Below are positions 27,517-36,895 of a stretch of 64,000 bases of DNA, piece by piece. The first letter of the stretch is position 1; each line of letters opens with the position of its first letter. A program made the position numbers and the translations under genes. The stretch covers positions 24,791 through 88,790 of the forward strand of contig DAOVXQ010000001.1 of assembly GCA_030636025.1 (NCBI GenBank), in the 5' to 3' direction. This DNA comes from an archaeon. GTDB lineage: Archaea > Nanobdellota > Nanobdellia > Pacearchaeales > GW2011-AR1. The notes beneath the pieces were generated by a model. It had not been told where the DNA came from, made no database searches, and worked only from the letters and a program-made list of their open reading frames with translations.

Positions 27517-28404
27517 ATGATTTCAATAATCATAACTGCATTTAAAGAACCAGAGACAATTAGAAAATCAATTGAATCAGCCCTTAATCAAAAAACAAAT
27601 TATAAATATGAAATTTTAGTTTCTGCACCAGATGAGGAAACATTAAATATTGCTAAAAAATATGAAAAAAAAGATAAAAGATTAAAAGTTTTCCAAGACC
27701 CTGGAAAAGGTAAAAGTTATGCTTTAAATTTAATTTTCCAAAAAATAAAAACAGACATATTAATTTTGACAGACGGAGATGTTATTATGTCTAATAATTC
27801 TGTAGACGAGATAGCAAATTTATTTTTAAATCCAGAAATTGGATGTGTAGCCGGAAGACCTATTTCAATTGAAGATCAAAAAACAAAATATGGTTTTTGG
27901 GCTAATTTTTTATTTAATGCAGCACATAAATTAAGAAAACAATCTTTTAAATCAAATTCTTTTATTGAATGTTCTGGATATTTATTTGCATTCAGAAAAA
28001 ACAAAATCAAACAAATTCCATTAGATGTAGCAGAAGATGCAGTAATCCCTTATATGTTTTGGGAAAAAGGATATAAAATTGGTTATGCAGAAAATGCAAA
28101 AGTTTATGTTAAAAATGTTGATAACTGGAATGATTGGATAAAACAAAAAACAAGAACTTCCAAGGCGCATGAAACTTTACATAAGTATGTAGATATAAAA
28201 TCAACACCACGGATTAAATCATTTAAAACAGAAACAAAAGGAATTTTTGATGTTTTGAAATATCCAAAAACTCCAAAAGAGGTTTTCTGGACATTTCAAT
28301 TAATTTTAGCAAGATTATATATGTGGATTAGTGTATTTAAGGATACAAAATTAAAAAATAAGCACTATGAGGATGCTTGGGAAAGGGCTGAATCAACAAA
28401 ATAA
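27517..28404 (+). CDS. GT2-family glycosyltransferase
   Basis: ISIIITAFKEPETIRKSIESALNQ...TDGDV shows the GT2 N-terminal and DxD features. Confidence 0.65.
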   Translation: MISIIITAFKEPETIRKSIESALNQKTNYKYEILVSAPDEETLNIAKKYEKKDKRLKVFQDPGKGKSYALNLIFQKIKTDILILTDGDVIMSNNSVDEIANLFLNPEIGCVAGRPISIEDQKTKYGFWANFLFNAAHKLRKQSFKSNSFIECSGYLFAFRKNKIKQIPLDVAEDAVIPYMFWEKGYKIGYAENAKVYVKNVDNWNDWIKQKTRTSKAHETLHKYVDIKSTPRIKSFKTETKGIFDVLKYPKTPKEVFWTFQLILARLYMWISVFKDTKLKNKHYEDAWERAESTK

Positions 28405-28418
28405 AAAGGAACTAAATA

Positions 28419-29087
28419 ATGAAAAAACAAATAATCCATTTTAATAATTTTAATCTTGTAAGGGCAGATAAGAATTGTAATGTTCCTTTAATTTCTGATA
28501 AAGAGAAAGAAAAATATATCAAAAAATTCAAACAAAATAATTGGCATAATGGGGAATTATCCACTGCAGATAATTATGATTTTAGGGACGATAAAATATA
28601 CTATGGGAAATCAAATTTTTACGATTTTCTTATATGCCATGAAATAAAACAAAATATTTCACCAATTATTTCTTTAAATGCAATTATAGAGGTAGGAGAT
28701 AATATTATTTTAATAAAACGTCCAAATAATGTTTCAAGTTATGCAGGGTGGTGGGATTTTCCTGCAGGAATGGTTTATTTCAAGGACAATTCACTAAAAG
28801 AAAGATTATATAATAGAATAATGGATGATACAAAAATAAAAAAACACGAACTAGACATAAAAAAAAGAATCGCTCCTGCGATTACATTAGATGGGATGGC
28901 TCTTAATTTTTTTTATGTTTTAAAATATAAAAAATCAAAAACAGAGTTAGAATCTTTTTTCAAAGATAATTTTAAAGAAGATAGGCCAATTATTCTAAAA
29001 AAATCAAAAATCAATGAATTTTTGAATAATAATCCTGTAGTTTTTTCAGAAATTTTAGATAAAGAATTTATTTCTCACATAGAATAA
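28419..29087 (+). CDS. Hypothetical protein (possible degenerate Nudix-fold)
   Basis: IIEVGDNIILIKRP...WDFPAGMV loosely resembles a Nudix fold but lacks the canonical Nudix box. Confidence 0.25.
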   Translation: MKKQIIHFNNFNLVRADKNCNVPLISDKEKEKYIKKFKQNNWHNGELSTADNYDFRDDKIYYGKSNFYDFLICHEIKQNISPIISLNAIIEVGDNIILIKRPNNVSSYAGWWDFPAGMVYFKDNSLKERLYNRIMDDTKIKKHELDIKKRIAPAITLDGMALNFFYVLKYKKSKTELESFFKDNFKEDRPIILKKSKINEFLNNNPVVFSEILDKEFISHIE

Positions 29088-30013
29088 TCTTTCCTTGCCC
29101 ATTCAATTGTTTGTTTTAATCCTTCTTTTAAACAATATTTTGGAGTCCAATCTAAAAATTTTTTAGTTTTTTTCATATCTGCGACCCAAATCTTAGAATC
29201 ATAATCTCTTTTTTTATATGCCCCCAAATTAATTTTACTTTTTGAATTTGTAATTTCTATCACATTTTTAACAACTTCTAAAACTCTTGTCTGAATCCCA
29301 ACCCCCACATTAAAAATTTCCCCCCTAAATTCATTTGCTTTTTCAATAGAGTTTAAATACAAATCCATAACATCTTCAATAAAAACAAAATCCCGCCCAA
29401 AGTCTTGATTTACAATATCAATATCCTGATGTTTCAATGCTTTTGAAATAACTGTAGGTATTAATCTATTTTTATAATCAAAAGGCCCATAAGGAGAAAA
29501 TAATCTTAAGGAAACTATTGGTTTGTTTTTTGTTTTAACCATCATTTGCCCATATTTTGTAGCAGCATTTTTTGTTATTCCATACATATTTATTGGAATA
29601 CAGACATCATCTTCTTTCATTGGTTTATTTTTTATACCATATTCCGAAGAACTCCCAGTATTGACAAAACAAGAATAATCCACAGAATTACAAGAATCAA
29701 TTAAGTTTTTAGTGCCTATAAAATTTGTTTTGAATAAATTTTCATCACTGGCCTGAACCCCCCCATATATTCCTTGTGTTGCTAAATGAAAAATAATATT
29801 TGGTTTAATTTCTTTGACAATGTAAGATAATTTTTCTTTCTCTTTTAAATCTACAACATATTCATTTAATTTTGATAAAATATTTTCTAATCTCCATTTA
29901 TTAGATGTTTTTCGAGTTAAAATATGAATCTCATAATCATTAATTAATTTTCTCACAAGATTTGAACCAACAAATCCTGTTGCTCCCGTAACAAGTATTC
30001 TTTCAATTTTCAT
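29075..30013 (-). CDS. NAD-dependent epimerase/dehydratase (extended SDR)
   Basis: ILVTGATGFVGSNLVRKL. 312 aa. Stop and start overlap the neighbouring genes. Confidence 0.65.
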   Translation of the reverse strand: MKIERILVTGATGFVGSNLVRKLINDYEIHILTRKTSNKWRLENILSKLNEYVVDLKEKEKLSYIVKEIKPNIIFHLATQGIYGGVQASDENLFKTNFIGTKNLIDSCNSVDYSCFVNTGSSSEYGIKNKPMKEDDVCIPINMYGITKNAATKYGQMMVKTKNKPIVSLRLFSPYGPFDYKNRLIPTVISKALKHQDIDIVNQDFGRDFVFIEDVMDLYLNSIEKANEFRGEIFNVGVGIQTRVLEVVKNVIEITNSKSKINLGAYKKRDYDSKIWVADMKKTKKFLDWTPKYCLKEGLKQTIEWARKDYSM

Positions 30014-31773
30014 ATTTTCTTGATTGGTGAGACAACCATATTTTCCCTAAATTCTTTCCTATCTAACAATGGTGAAGAATCTTCAATTGGTTTTCCAAAT
30101 TCAAGTTTAGGAATAACCTTAGCATTAGGTTCTAATTCTAAATTACATAATGCTGGGCCCTTGTAATTAAGAACATCATCAATTTTGTTTAAAGCTAGAT
30201 GATTTTCTATTTGAAAAGTTTTTATTCCATATGCCTGAGCTACTTTTGATAAATCAGTATTCCCAAGGCCTCCATCAATGGAACTGGCCTTATAATTAGA
30301 TTTAAACCAAACATCTTGAAATTGTTTAATCATACCATATCCGTGATTATTAAATAAAAAAATTTTTATTGGAAGGTTATGTTTTACAATGGTTTCAAGT
30401 TCATTAATATTCATTTTTAATCCTCCATCACCGGTAATACAAATCACAGGTTTTTTATTCATAGCAAAACAAGCACCAATACTTGCAGGCAAAGCATACC
30501 CCATTGAAGCATGCCCTAAATCAGAAAATAATCTTTGATCCTTCTTGATTCTAAATCCTTGCATTGTCCACGACAAATTATTTCCAGTATCAACAGCAAT
30601 TATATCTCCTTCCTTTAACTTATTTGAAAGAACATCAATAAAAACATAGGGATTTACTTTATCTTTTTGTTCAAAATATTCTGGAAGACAAGCAGGATAC
30701 TTCTCTTTCCAAATTTCAATTTTATTTTTCCAAAAAGATAAATTTTGTGTTTCAATTTTTTTATCTTTAATATTATTAAGAAAATCCCTCATACCATAAT
30801 TTAAACTTACATCAATTTTTATTCCGCGGTTTTTATATAATTCTTTATAGTTAATATCTAAAATTACTTTTTTCGCTCCTCTTGCAAAAGTTTTTGGGCA
30901 ATTTCCAATCTGTCTTGTATCTAATCTTGAGCCAAGACTAATAATCAAATCAGAATTTTGAACTGCAAAATTTCCAGGCCTAGTTGACGAAACCCCAAAC
31001 TCCCCGATTCTTAAAGGATGGTCATATTGAAGTATATCTATCCCCCCCCAAGATAATGCAACAGGAATCCCTAATCTTTCAATAAGATTTTTTGTTTCTG
31101 TTTCAGCATCTCCAATTTTAACTCCTGCACCCAAAATAACAACAGGCCTTTCTGCTTTTTCAATCAAATCAATTGTTTGATTTACTTTTTTATCCAACAA
31201 AGAATAATCAATCTCTTTTTTCTTAGGAATATAGTTCCTTAATTTATCAGACTTAATTTCTGCTAATTGAACATCAATTGGCAAATCTAATAAAACAGGC
31301 CCAGGCCTTCCAGATTTAGCAATATGAATTGCCTTATCTAAAAAATATTTTATTTTTTCAGGATTATCAACTTGGTAAGAAAATTTAGTAATTGGTTTAA
31401 CCATATCAACAATATTTGTTTCCTGAAATCCTCTCTGCCTTGGGCCTTTTTTCCCTGCGAATTCTTTTGTATTTACTTGTCCAGTAATATATAATGTAGG
31501 AATAGAATCAAAATATGCACAAGCAATTCCGGTTATAAGATTAGTTGCACCAGGTCCGCTAGTTGCAATCGCAACCCCAATGTTTTTTGTAATTCTTGAA
31601 TAGGCTTCTGCAGCCATAGCTGCTCCTTGCTCTTGAGTAGTGCAAATATATTCCAAATTTTTATCTTTACCCAAAGAATTTACTAACGGAGAAATAAATC
31701 CACCTATAACCAAAAAGGCATGATTAACATTTTTTTCTTTTAAATAGCCCACAATATAATCTGAAGTTTTCAT
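30010..31773 (-). CDS. TPP-dependent enzyme of the acetolactate-synthase-large-subunit family (YerE-like candidate branched-chain-sugar synthase)
   Basis: 587 aa. N-terminal pyrimidine domain GAAMAAEAYSRITKNIGVAIATSGPGATNL. Central and C-terminal TPP domain CITGDGGLKMN...NN with a GDG...N motif. Confidence 0.65.
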   Translation of the reverse strand: MKTSDYIVGYLKEKNVNHAFLVIGGFISPLVNSLGKDKNLEYICTTQEQGAAMAAEAYSRITKNIGVAIATSGPGATNLITGIACAYFDSIPTLYITGQVNTKEFAGKKGPRQRGFQETNIVDMVKPITKFSYQVDNPEKIKYFLDKAIHIAKSGRPGPVLLDLPIDVQLAEIKSDKLRNYIPKKKEIDYSLLDKKVNQTIDLIEKAERPVVILGAGVKIGDAETETKNLIERLGIPVALSWGGIDILQYDHPLRIGEFGVSSTRPGNFAVQNSDLIISLGSRLDTRQIGNCPKTFARGAKKVILDINYKELYKNRGIKIDVSLNYGMRDFLNNIKDKKIETQNLSFWKNKIEIWKEKYPACLPEYFEQKDKVNPYVFIDVLSNKLKEGDIIAVDTGNNLSWTMQGFRIKKDQRLFSDLGHASMGYALPASIGACFAMNKKPVICITGDGGLKMNINELETIVKHNLPIKIFLFNNHGYGMIKQFQDVWFKSNYKASSIDGGLGNTDLSKVAQAYGIKTFQIENHLALNKIDDVLNYKGPALCNLELEPNAKVIPKLEFGKPIEDSSPLLDRKEFRENMVVSPIKKI

Positions 31774-31805
31774 CTAAAATCTCCCATTAAATCGCATTTA
31801 TAAAA

Positions 31806-32471
31806 TTAATTATACTTTAGAAATCTCCAAACCATCCAGATAATTCTTTTTGGAGTCATTTTACTAATTCCATCAGACCTTTCATAATGATTCACCCTAA
31901 TTCCTTTAATCTCATAATCTTTGTCTTTTATTTTTCTTAATAAATCAATATTAAATAGCCATCCTGTTTGAAGGTTTGTAATGCCCTCATAAATTTCCCT
32001 TTTAAAATAAACAGGATATCCATTAATGTCTTTTAAGTGTACTCTAAATCTTATTTGACTCCATACATTAAATATTTTTGAAATAATATCTCTCCCCACC
32101 CCATCCTTCCTTCTTTTTCTTATGGCTTTTATAACCCCTGAATTTCCCCTTTCAGAGTACACCTTAACAATATCTTTTACACTAACTTCTCCATCCCCAC
32201 AAGTAAAACCTAAAATTTTTCCTTTAGCTACATCCAATCCAGTCATTATTGCCCCCCCATAATCTTTATTTTTTTTATTGTGCATTACTTTAATCCTTGT
32301 TTCTTTTAATGAATTTAATTCGTCAGAGGTAGAGTCTTTACTACAATCATCAACTAAAATAATCTCATAATTAATTCCTTTTAATTCTTTTTTTAATTTT
32401 TTTACAAAAGGTATTGGACATCCAGCATCATTATAAAAAGGGATAACAATACTTAATTCAGGTTTTTTCAT
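31806..32471 (-). CDS. Short GT2 glycosyltransferase (GtrB/Dol-P-sugar-synthase-like)
   Basis: LSIVIPFYNDAG...ILVDDCSKDST. 221 aa. Confidence 0.55.
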   Translation of the reverse strand: MKKPELSIVIPFYNDAGCPIPFVKKLKKELKGINYEIILVDDCSKDSTSDELNSLKETRIKVMHNKKNKDYGGAIMTGLDVAKGKILGFTCGDGEVSVKDIVKVYSERGNSGVIKAIRKRRKDGVGRDIISKIFNVWSQIRFRVHLKDINGYPVYFKREIYEGITNLQTGWLFNIDLLRKIKDKDYEIKGIRVNHYERSDGISKMTPKRIIWMVWRFLKYN

Positions 32472-32582
32472 ATTATTTTTCTAATTTGGGCATTTATAAG
32501 ATTTATGTAATTCTTAATAAGTTAACTAATAAATAGATTTAAGGACATAAATCCTTTTAAACCAATTCAAGTATATTTTTTT

Positions 32583-33869
32583 ATGAAAAAAGATTTGTTA
32601 GAGGGGGTTCATAACGCCATACAAGAATTAGTAAAAATAAATCCCCCATCTTTTTTAAAGACTTCTTTTATCAGCACAGGTCTAGCTATTTATGGTGCCG
32701 AGGAAATTAATGCGATTGTAGATACAGTATTAGAAGGAAAATTAGGATTAGCAACAAAAGGATATGAATTTGAAAAAGAATTTTCAAAATATATTGGTGC
32801 AAAAAAAACCTTGCTTGTAAATTCAGGTTCATCAGCGAGTTTGTTAGCTATGGAGGGAGTTAAAAAATATTTTGATATTAACGAAGGAGAAATAATAACA
32901 ACTGCTTGCGGATTTCCAACAACGTTAAATCCAATAATTCAATTAGGATTTAAACCAGTTTTTGTTGATGTTGACGAAACTTATAATATGACTCCCGAAA
33001 ATATTGAAAATGCATTAAGTAATAAAACCAAGGGAATTGTTTTCGCCCATACTCTTGGAAATCCTGCAAAAATAGATGAAATAATGAATATTGCTAAGAA
33101 AAATAATCTCTTTGTTTTAGAGGATTGTTGTGATGCATATGGTTCAAAATACAACGGGAAAATGTGCGGTTCATTTGGAACCGTTTCGACATTTAGTTTT
33201 TATCCAGCACACAATATAACCCTTGCAGGAGAGGGGGGGGCAGTAGCTTCAGATAATTTAGAAATTGATAAAATCATGAAAAGTTTTAGAGATTGGGGAA
33301 GAGATTGTTTTTGCAATGCAGGACAAGACAATAAATGTGGGAAAAGATTTGATTTTAAGATTGGGGACATCCCCTATGACCATAAATATGTTTATTCTCA
33401 GATAGGATATAATTTAAAACCAACTGAAATACAAGCAGCAATGGGGATAGTGCAATTAAAAAAAATCAAAGGATTTAATAAAAAAAGAAAACAAAATTAT
33501 CAAGATTTTAAAGAAATTTTTTCAAATTTAGAACATCATTTTGAACTTCCAAAAATAAATCCTAAAGCAGACCCTGTTTTTTTTGGGTTGCCTTTGACAA
33601 TTAAAAATCCAAAAATTCAAAGGCAAGATTTAGTCAAATTCTTAAATCAAAATGGAATTGGAACGCGATATGTTTTTGGAGGAAATTTACTTTACCATCC
33701 TGCATATAAAAATATAAACCATAAAATATGTGGGGAATTAGAACAGACAGACAAAATTTTTAAAAATTCACTTTGGATGGGAATTCATCCAGGAATAAAT
33801 AAAGAAAAAATAGATTATATTGGCTCTAAGTTCAATGAGTATATAAAATCAATAGACAAAGCCCGGTGA
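32583..33869 (+). CDS. NDP-4-keto-6-deoxyhexose 3-dehydratase (RfbH/DdhC E1 or ColD family of the DegT aminotransferase fold)
   Basis: NSGSSASLLAMEG, CGFPTTLNPI, HTLGNP, EDCCDA, FSFYPAHNIT, RDWGRDCFCNAGQDNKCGKRF, DHKYVYSQIGYNLKPTE, GTRYVFGGN. By recollection these match E1 block for block. Confidence 0.7.
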   Translation: MKKDLLEGVHNAIQELVKINPPSFLKTSFISTGLAIYGAEEINAIVDTVLEGKLGLATKGYEFEKEFSKYIGAKKTLLVNSGSSASLLAMEGVKKYFDINEGEIITTACGFPTTLNPIIQLGFKPVFVDVDETYNMTPENIENALSNKTKGIVFAHTLGNPAKIDEIMNIAKKNNLFVLEDCCDAYGSKYNGKMCGSFGTVSTFSFYPAHNITLAGEGGAVASDNLEIDKIMKSFRDWGRDCFCNAGQDNKCGKRFDFKIGDIPYDHKYVYSQIGYNLKPTEIQAAMGIVQLKKIKGFNKKRKQNYQDFKEIFSNLEHHFELPKINPKADPVFFGLPLTIKNPKIQRQDLVKFLNQNGIGTRYVFGGNLLYHPAYKNINHKICGELEQTDKIFKNSLWMGIHPGINKEKIDYIGSKFNEYIKSIDKAR

Positions 33870-33912
33870 TATTTATAAAAACAATTAAAAACTTGTTTTT
33901 TCTTATTTTGTT

Positions 33913-35421
33913 ATGGAAGATTTGGATAATATAATTGAAAAAAGGAAGGAAAAAACCCTTAACTGGGCTAAAAATCCCTATAATTTTACATTAATTTTAA
34001 TTCTCCTTTTTACAATAATAATTAGATTATATTATTTTATTTTAATTAAGGGTCAGGCATTATGGTGGGATGAGGCAGAATATATGTTGGTTGCAAAATC
34101 TTTTTCTGGAATTGCCCAGCATGTAAATTATACTTTTGACCCAGTAAGGCAAGTTTTAAATCCATTTTTAATGTCTTTATCTTTCAGGATTATTGGTGCA
34201 AGTGAATTCTTGCCAAGAGTATTTTTATTAATCTTATCAATAGCATCTGTTTTAGGTATGTATTATCTTGGAAAAGAGTTATACGACAAAAAAGTAGGAT
34301 TATTGTCGTCCTTTTTTATGTCCTTTTTTTGGTTAAATTTATTTTTTAGTTATCGGATTATAGTGGACATACATTCATTAACTTTTTTTATTTTTTCTGC
34401 ATTTTTCTTTTACAAATATTTTAAAACTGGATCTAATAAGGCACTTTATTTGGCAACGATTTTAATTTCAGTAGGAACTTTATTTAAATTATCCACTGCA
34501 TTTTTATTGCCTGCAATTTTATTATATCTTTTGATAACCGAAAAATTAAATTTCTTAAGAAAAAAAGAAATATGGTTCGCTACCTTAATCTTCACATTAA
34601 TACAGGTTCCATATATTATTTGGGGATACATCAAATTTAATGGATTTATTTTTACCCAGGCCTCGGGAGTAGTTTCTCCAGATAATCCAATAATACATGG
34701 AACAAGAATGTTTATTAGTTATTTGAATTTATTTCCAACTTATCTTTCATGGCTTTTTGTAATTATTTTTATCTTAGGATTATTTTCAATGTATAAATTA
34801 TTTTTAGGATTAGATATTTTAATAAAAAAAGGAGACAAAAATCTAAAAAGAGATTTATATTTATTATTAATCTTATTAATGCCAATAATTTTTGTTAGTG
34901 TAATGATAAATCATGCAGAAAACAGATATATAATTAATATTTTTCCAGCAGTGTTTATAATTTCTAGTGCATTTATTTTTTCAGTTTTTAAGTTTATTAA
35001 AAAGAAAAACAAAGTTTTCGCAATTATCTTTATTATTTTATTATTGGGATTTGCAATGAATTATCAAATAAAATATGCAGACAATATGATTAAAAATAAA
35101 AAAGACTCATTTATGCAGGTAAAAAGGGCAGGATTATGGTTAAAAGAAAATACTGAGGTTACAGATGTAATTGTATCCCATAGCCCCCCTCAGATGAAAC
35201 ATTATGCAGAAAGAGAAATATTTGTTTTTCCTCAGAAAAAAGAAGAATTTGAATCAAGGTTATCCTCAGATACCAACCTCAAATTTTTTGTAATTTCTGT
35301 ATTTGAGAATGCTGCAGAATGGTCATATTCTTATCCTGCAGAAAATAATTTAACCCCTGTTAAGACATATTATCTAGATTCCTCTAACCAGCAACCCGCA
35401 TTAATTATTTATGAATTATGA
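33913..35421 (+). CDS. GT-C fold glycosyltransferase (GT39/GT83, ArnT/PMT-like)
   Basis: Polytopic membrane protein, 502 aa. N-terminal ...RLYYF..IKGQALWWDEAEY is the ArnT-like loop motif. Confidence 0.55.
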   Translation: MEDLDNIIEKRKEKTLNWAKNPYNFTLILILLFTIIIRLYYFILIKGQALWWDEAEYMLVAKSFSGIAQHVNYTFDPVRQVLNPFLMSLSFRIIGASEFLPRVFLLILSIASVLGMYYLGKELYDKKVGLLSSFFMSFFWLNLFFSYRIIVDIHSLTFFIFSAFFFYKYFKTGSNKALYLATILISVGTLFKLSTAFLLPAILLYLLITEKLNFLRKKEIWFATLIFTLIQVPYIIWGYIKFNGFIFTQASGVVSPDNPIIHGTRMFISYLNLFPTYLSWLFVIIFILGLFSMYKLFLGLDILIKKGDKNLKRDLYLLLILLMPIIFVSVMINHAENRYIINIFPAVFIISSAFIFSVFKFIKKKNKVFAIIFIILLLGFAMNYQIKYADNMIKNKKDSFMQVKRAGLWLKENTEVTDVIVSHSPPQMKHYAEREIFVFPQKKEEFESRLSSDTNLKFFVISVFENAAEWSYSYPAENNLTPVKTYYLDSSNQQPALIIYEL

Positions 35422-35840
35422 TTTATTGGCTTATCTTTTTTAAAAACCCAAAGTAATGAACCTAAAAAACTAATTGGAATGCTCATTGCAATCCCTCCAA
35501 TAGCCGCAATATTTTCTTGAAGCATTCCTGTCCCAAAAAGATTTTTTAAGATTAATGCAGTCATAAAATTAACACTTATTGCAATGATATAAACAATAAA
35601 AAAACGCACTATTTGTTTTTTAACTGGATGCCCTCTTGCAGAAAAAGTAACATTCCGGTTCATAGAAAAATTATAAATTATTGAAATAAATGTTCCAAAA
35701 AATAATGCTAAAATAAAACTAACTTCTATCCAAAATCTAAAAACATTAAAAAATATCATATGAACTAATGCTGAACTTCCTCCAACAATACTAAATATTA
35801 TAAATTTAATAAAATGATTTTTAATAAATTGGATTATCAT
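35409..35840 (-). CDS. GtrA-family small membrane protein (candidate lipid-linked sugar flippase)
   Basis: 143 aa with four TM segments. FIIFSIVGGSSALVHMIFFNV is GtrA-like. Confidence 0.55.
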   Translation of the reverse strand: MIIQFIKNHFIKFIIFSIVGGSSALVHMIFFNVFRFWIEVSFILALFFGTFISIIYNFSMNRNVTFSARGHPVKKQIVRFFIVYIIAISVNFMTALILKNLFGTGMLQENIAAIGGIAMSIPISFLGSLLWVFKKDKPINHNS

Positions 35841-36853
35841 GAAAACAAACTCTCCTTAAAAATTATCAAAGCTAACAAACAAATTATAATTTGCATTATA
35901 AAAATAAAATAAATTACATCGGTTTCATAAACCTTTTTCTTAAATTTTTTAAGTATGAATAATGATAAATGAGTCAGGCTATAAATTTTGTTATAAGGCA
36001 TTTCTAAACTTCCATCTTTATTTGGATTTGCAAAAGAATATTTTTTTAATTTACCTCTTAATTTTAATATTGTTTCTAAGATATAAAGAATAAAAACAAA
36101 AACAGCAATTTTTTCAAAATTACCTAAGATTGCCATGATAGCAATTAAGGCCCCAATAGCCCAGGTTAAAGAATCTCCTGGAAAAACTTTCGCAGGATAT
36201 TTGTTATATAAATAAAAAACAATTAATGAAGATACCATTATTAATCCCATTAATGAAATCCATGAAGAACCAGTAATATATGCAATTAATGAAAGAAATG
36301 TTAGAATAATGATCCCCTGCCCTGCTTCAAGCCCATTAAACCCTGCTAAAAAATTATAAGTGATTGTCGCTCCAGCAATTCCTAATGGAATAAGAATTAA
36401 GGGATATAGAAATCCTAATTCAATGGGGCCTAAAAAAATGCAGTTAATGGTTGTGGTCCCAGCATTAATTACTGCCAAAGGAATTGATGCCATGAATGCT
36501 AAAAAAATTCTAAACCTTACAGATAATCCTTCGTGTTTCCAACCTAATAAATCATCAATTAAACCAATAATTGCTAAAATTAGAATAACACTTATTAATG
36601 CAAAAATTTCAAGAGTAATCCCATTAACAGAATCTATAAAAAATGTCCTAATTGCGATATAAGACAAGACACCAATTATAAATGATAAAACTACAATAAC
36701 TCCTCCAGAAGAAACAACATTTTTGGGATGCCCTGGTTTATTCATATCTTCCCATAAAAGATTAGCTTGTTTACATTTTTTAATCCATTTAGGGAGAACT
36801 AATAAGGTTAATATTAGACTTATAAAAATCGAAATAAATAATATGGCTTCCAT
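35837..36853 (-). CDS. MraY/WecA-family (Glycos_transf_4) polyprenyl-phosphate sugar-1-phosphate transferase, AglH-like
   Basis: Polytopic protein. IIGLIDDLLGW is the family's conserved DD-loop. Confidence 0.6.
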   Translation of the reverse strand: MEAILFISIFISLILTLLVLPKWIKKCKQANLLWEDMNKPGHPKNVVSSGGVIVVLSFIIGVLSYIAIRTFFIDSVNGITLEIFALISVILILAIIGLIDDLLGWKHEGLSVRFRIFLAFMASIPLAVINAGTTTINCIFLGPIELGFLYPLILIPLGIAGATITYNFLAGFNGLEAGQGIIILTFLSLIAYITGSSWISLMGLIMVSSLIVFYLYNKYPAKVFPGDSLTWAIGALIAIMAILGNFEKIAVFVFILYILETILKLRGKLKKYSFANPNKDGSLEMPYNKIYSLTHLSLFILKKFKKKVYETDVIYFIFIMQIIICLLALIIFKESLFS

Positions 36854-36895
36854 AATTACCTTAAAAATTATCTATTTTTAAATATTGCTAAGGGA

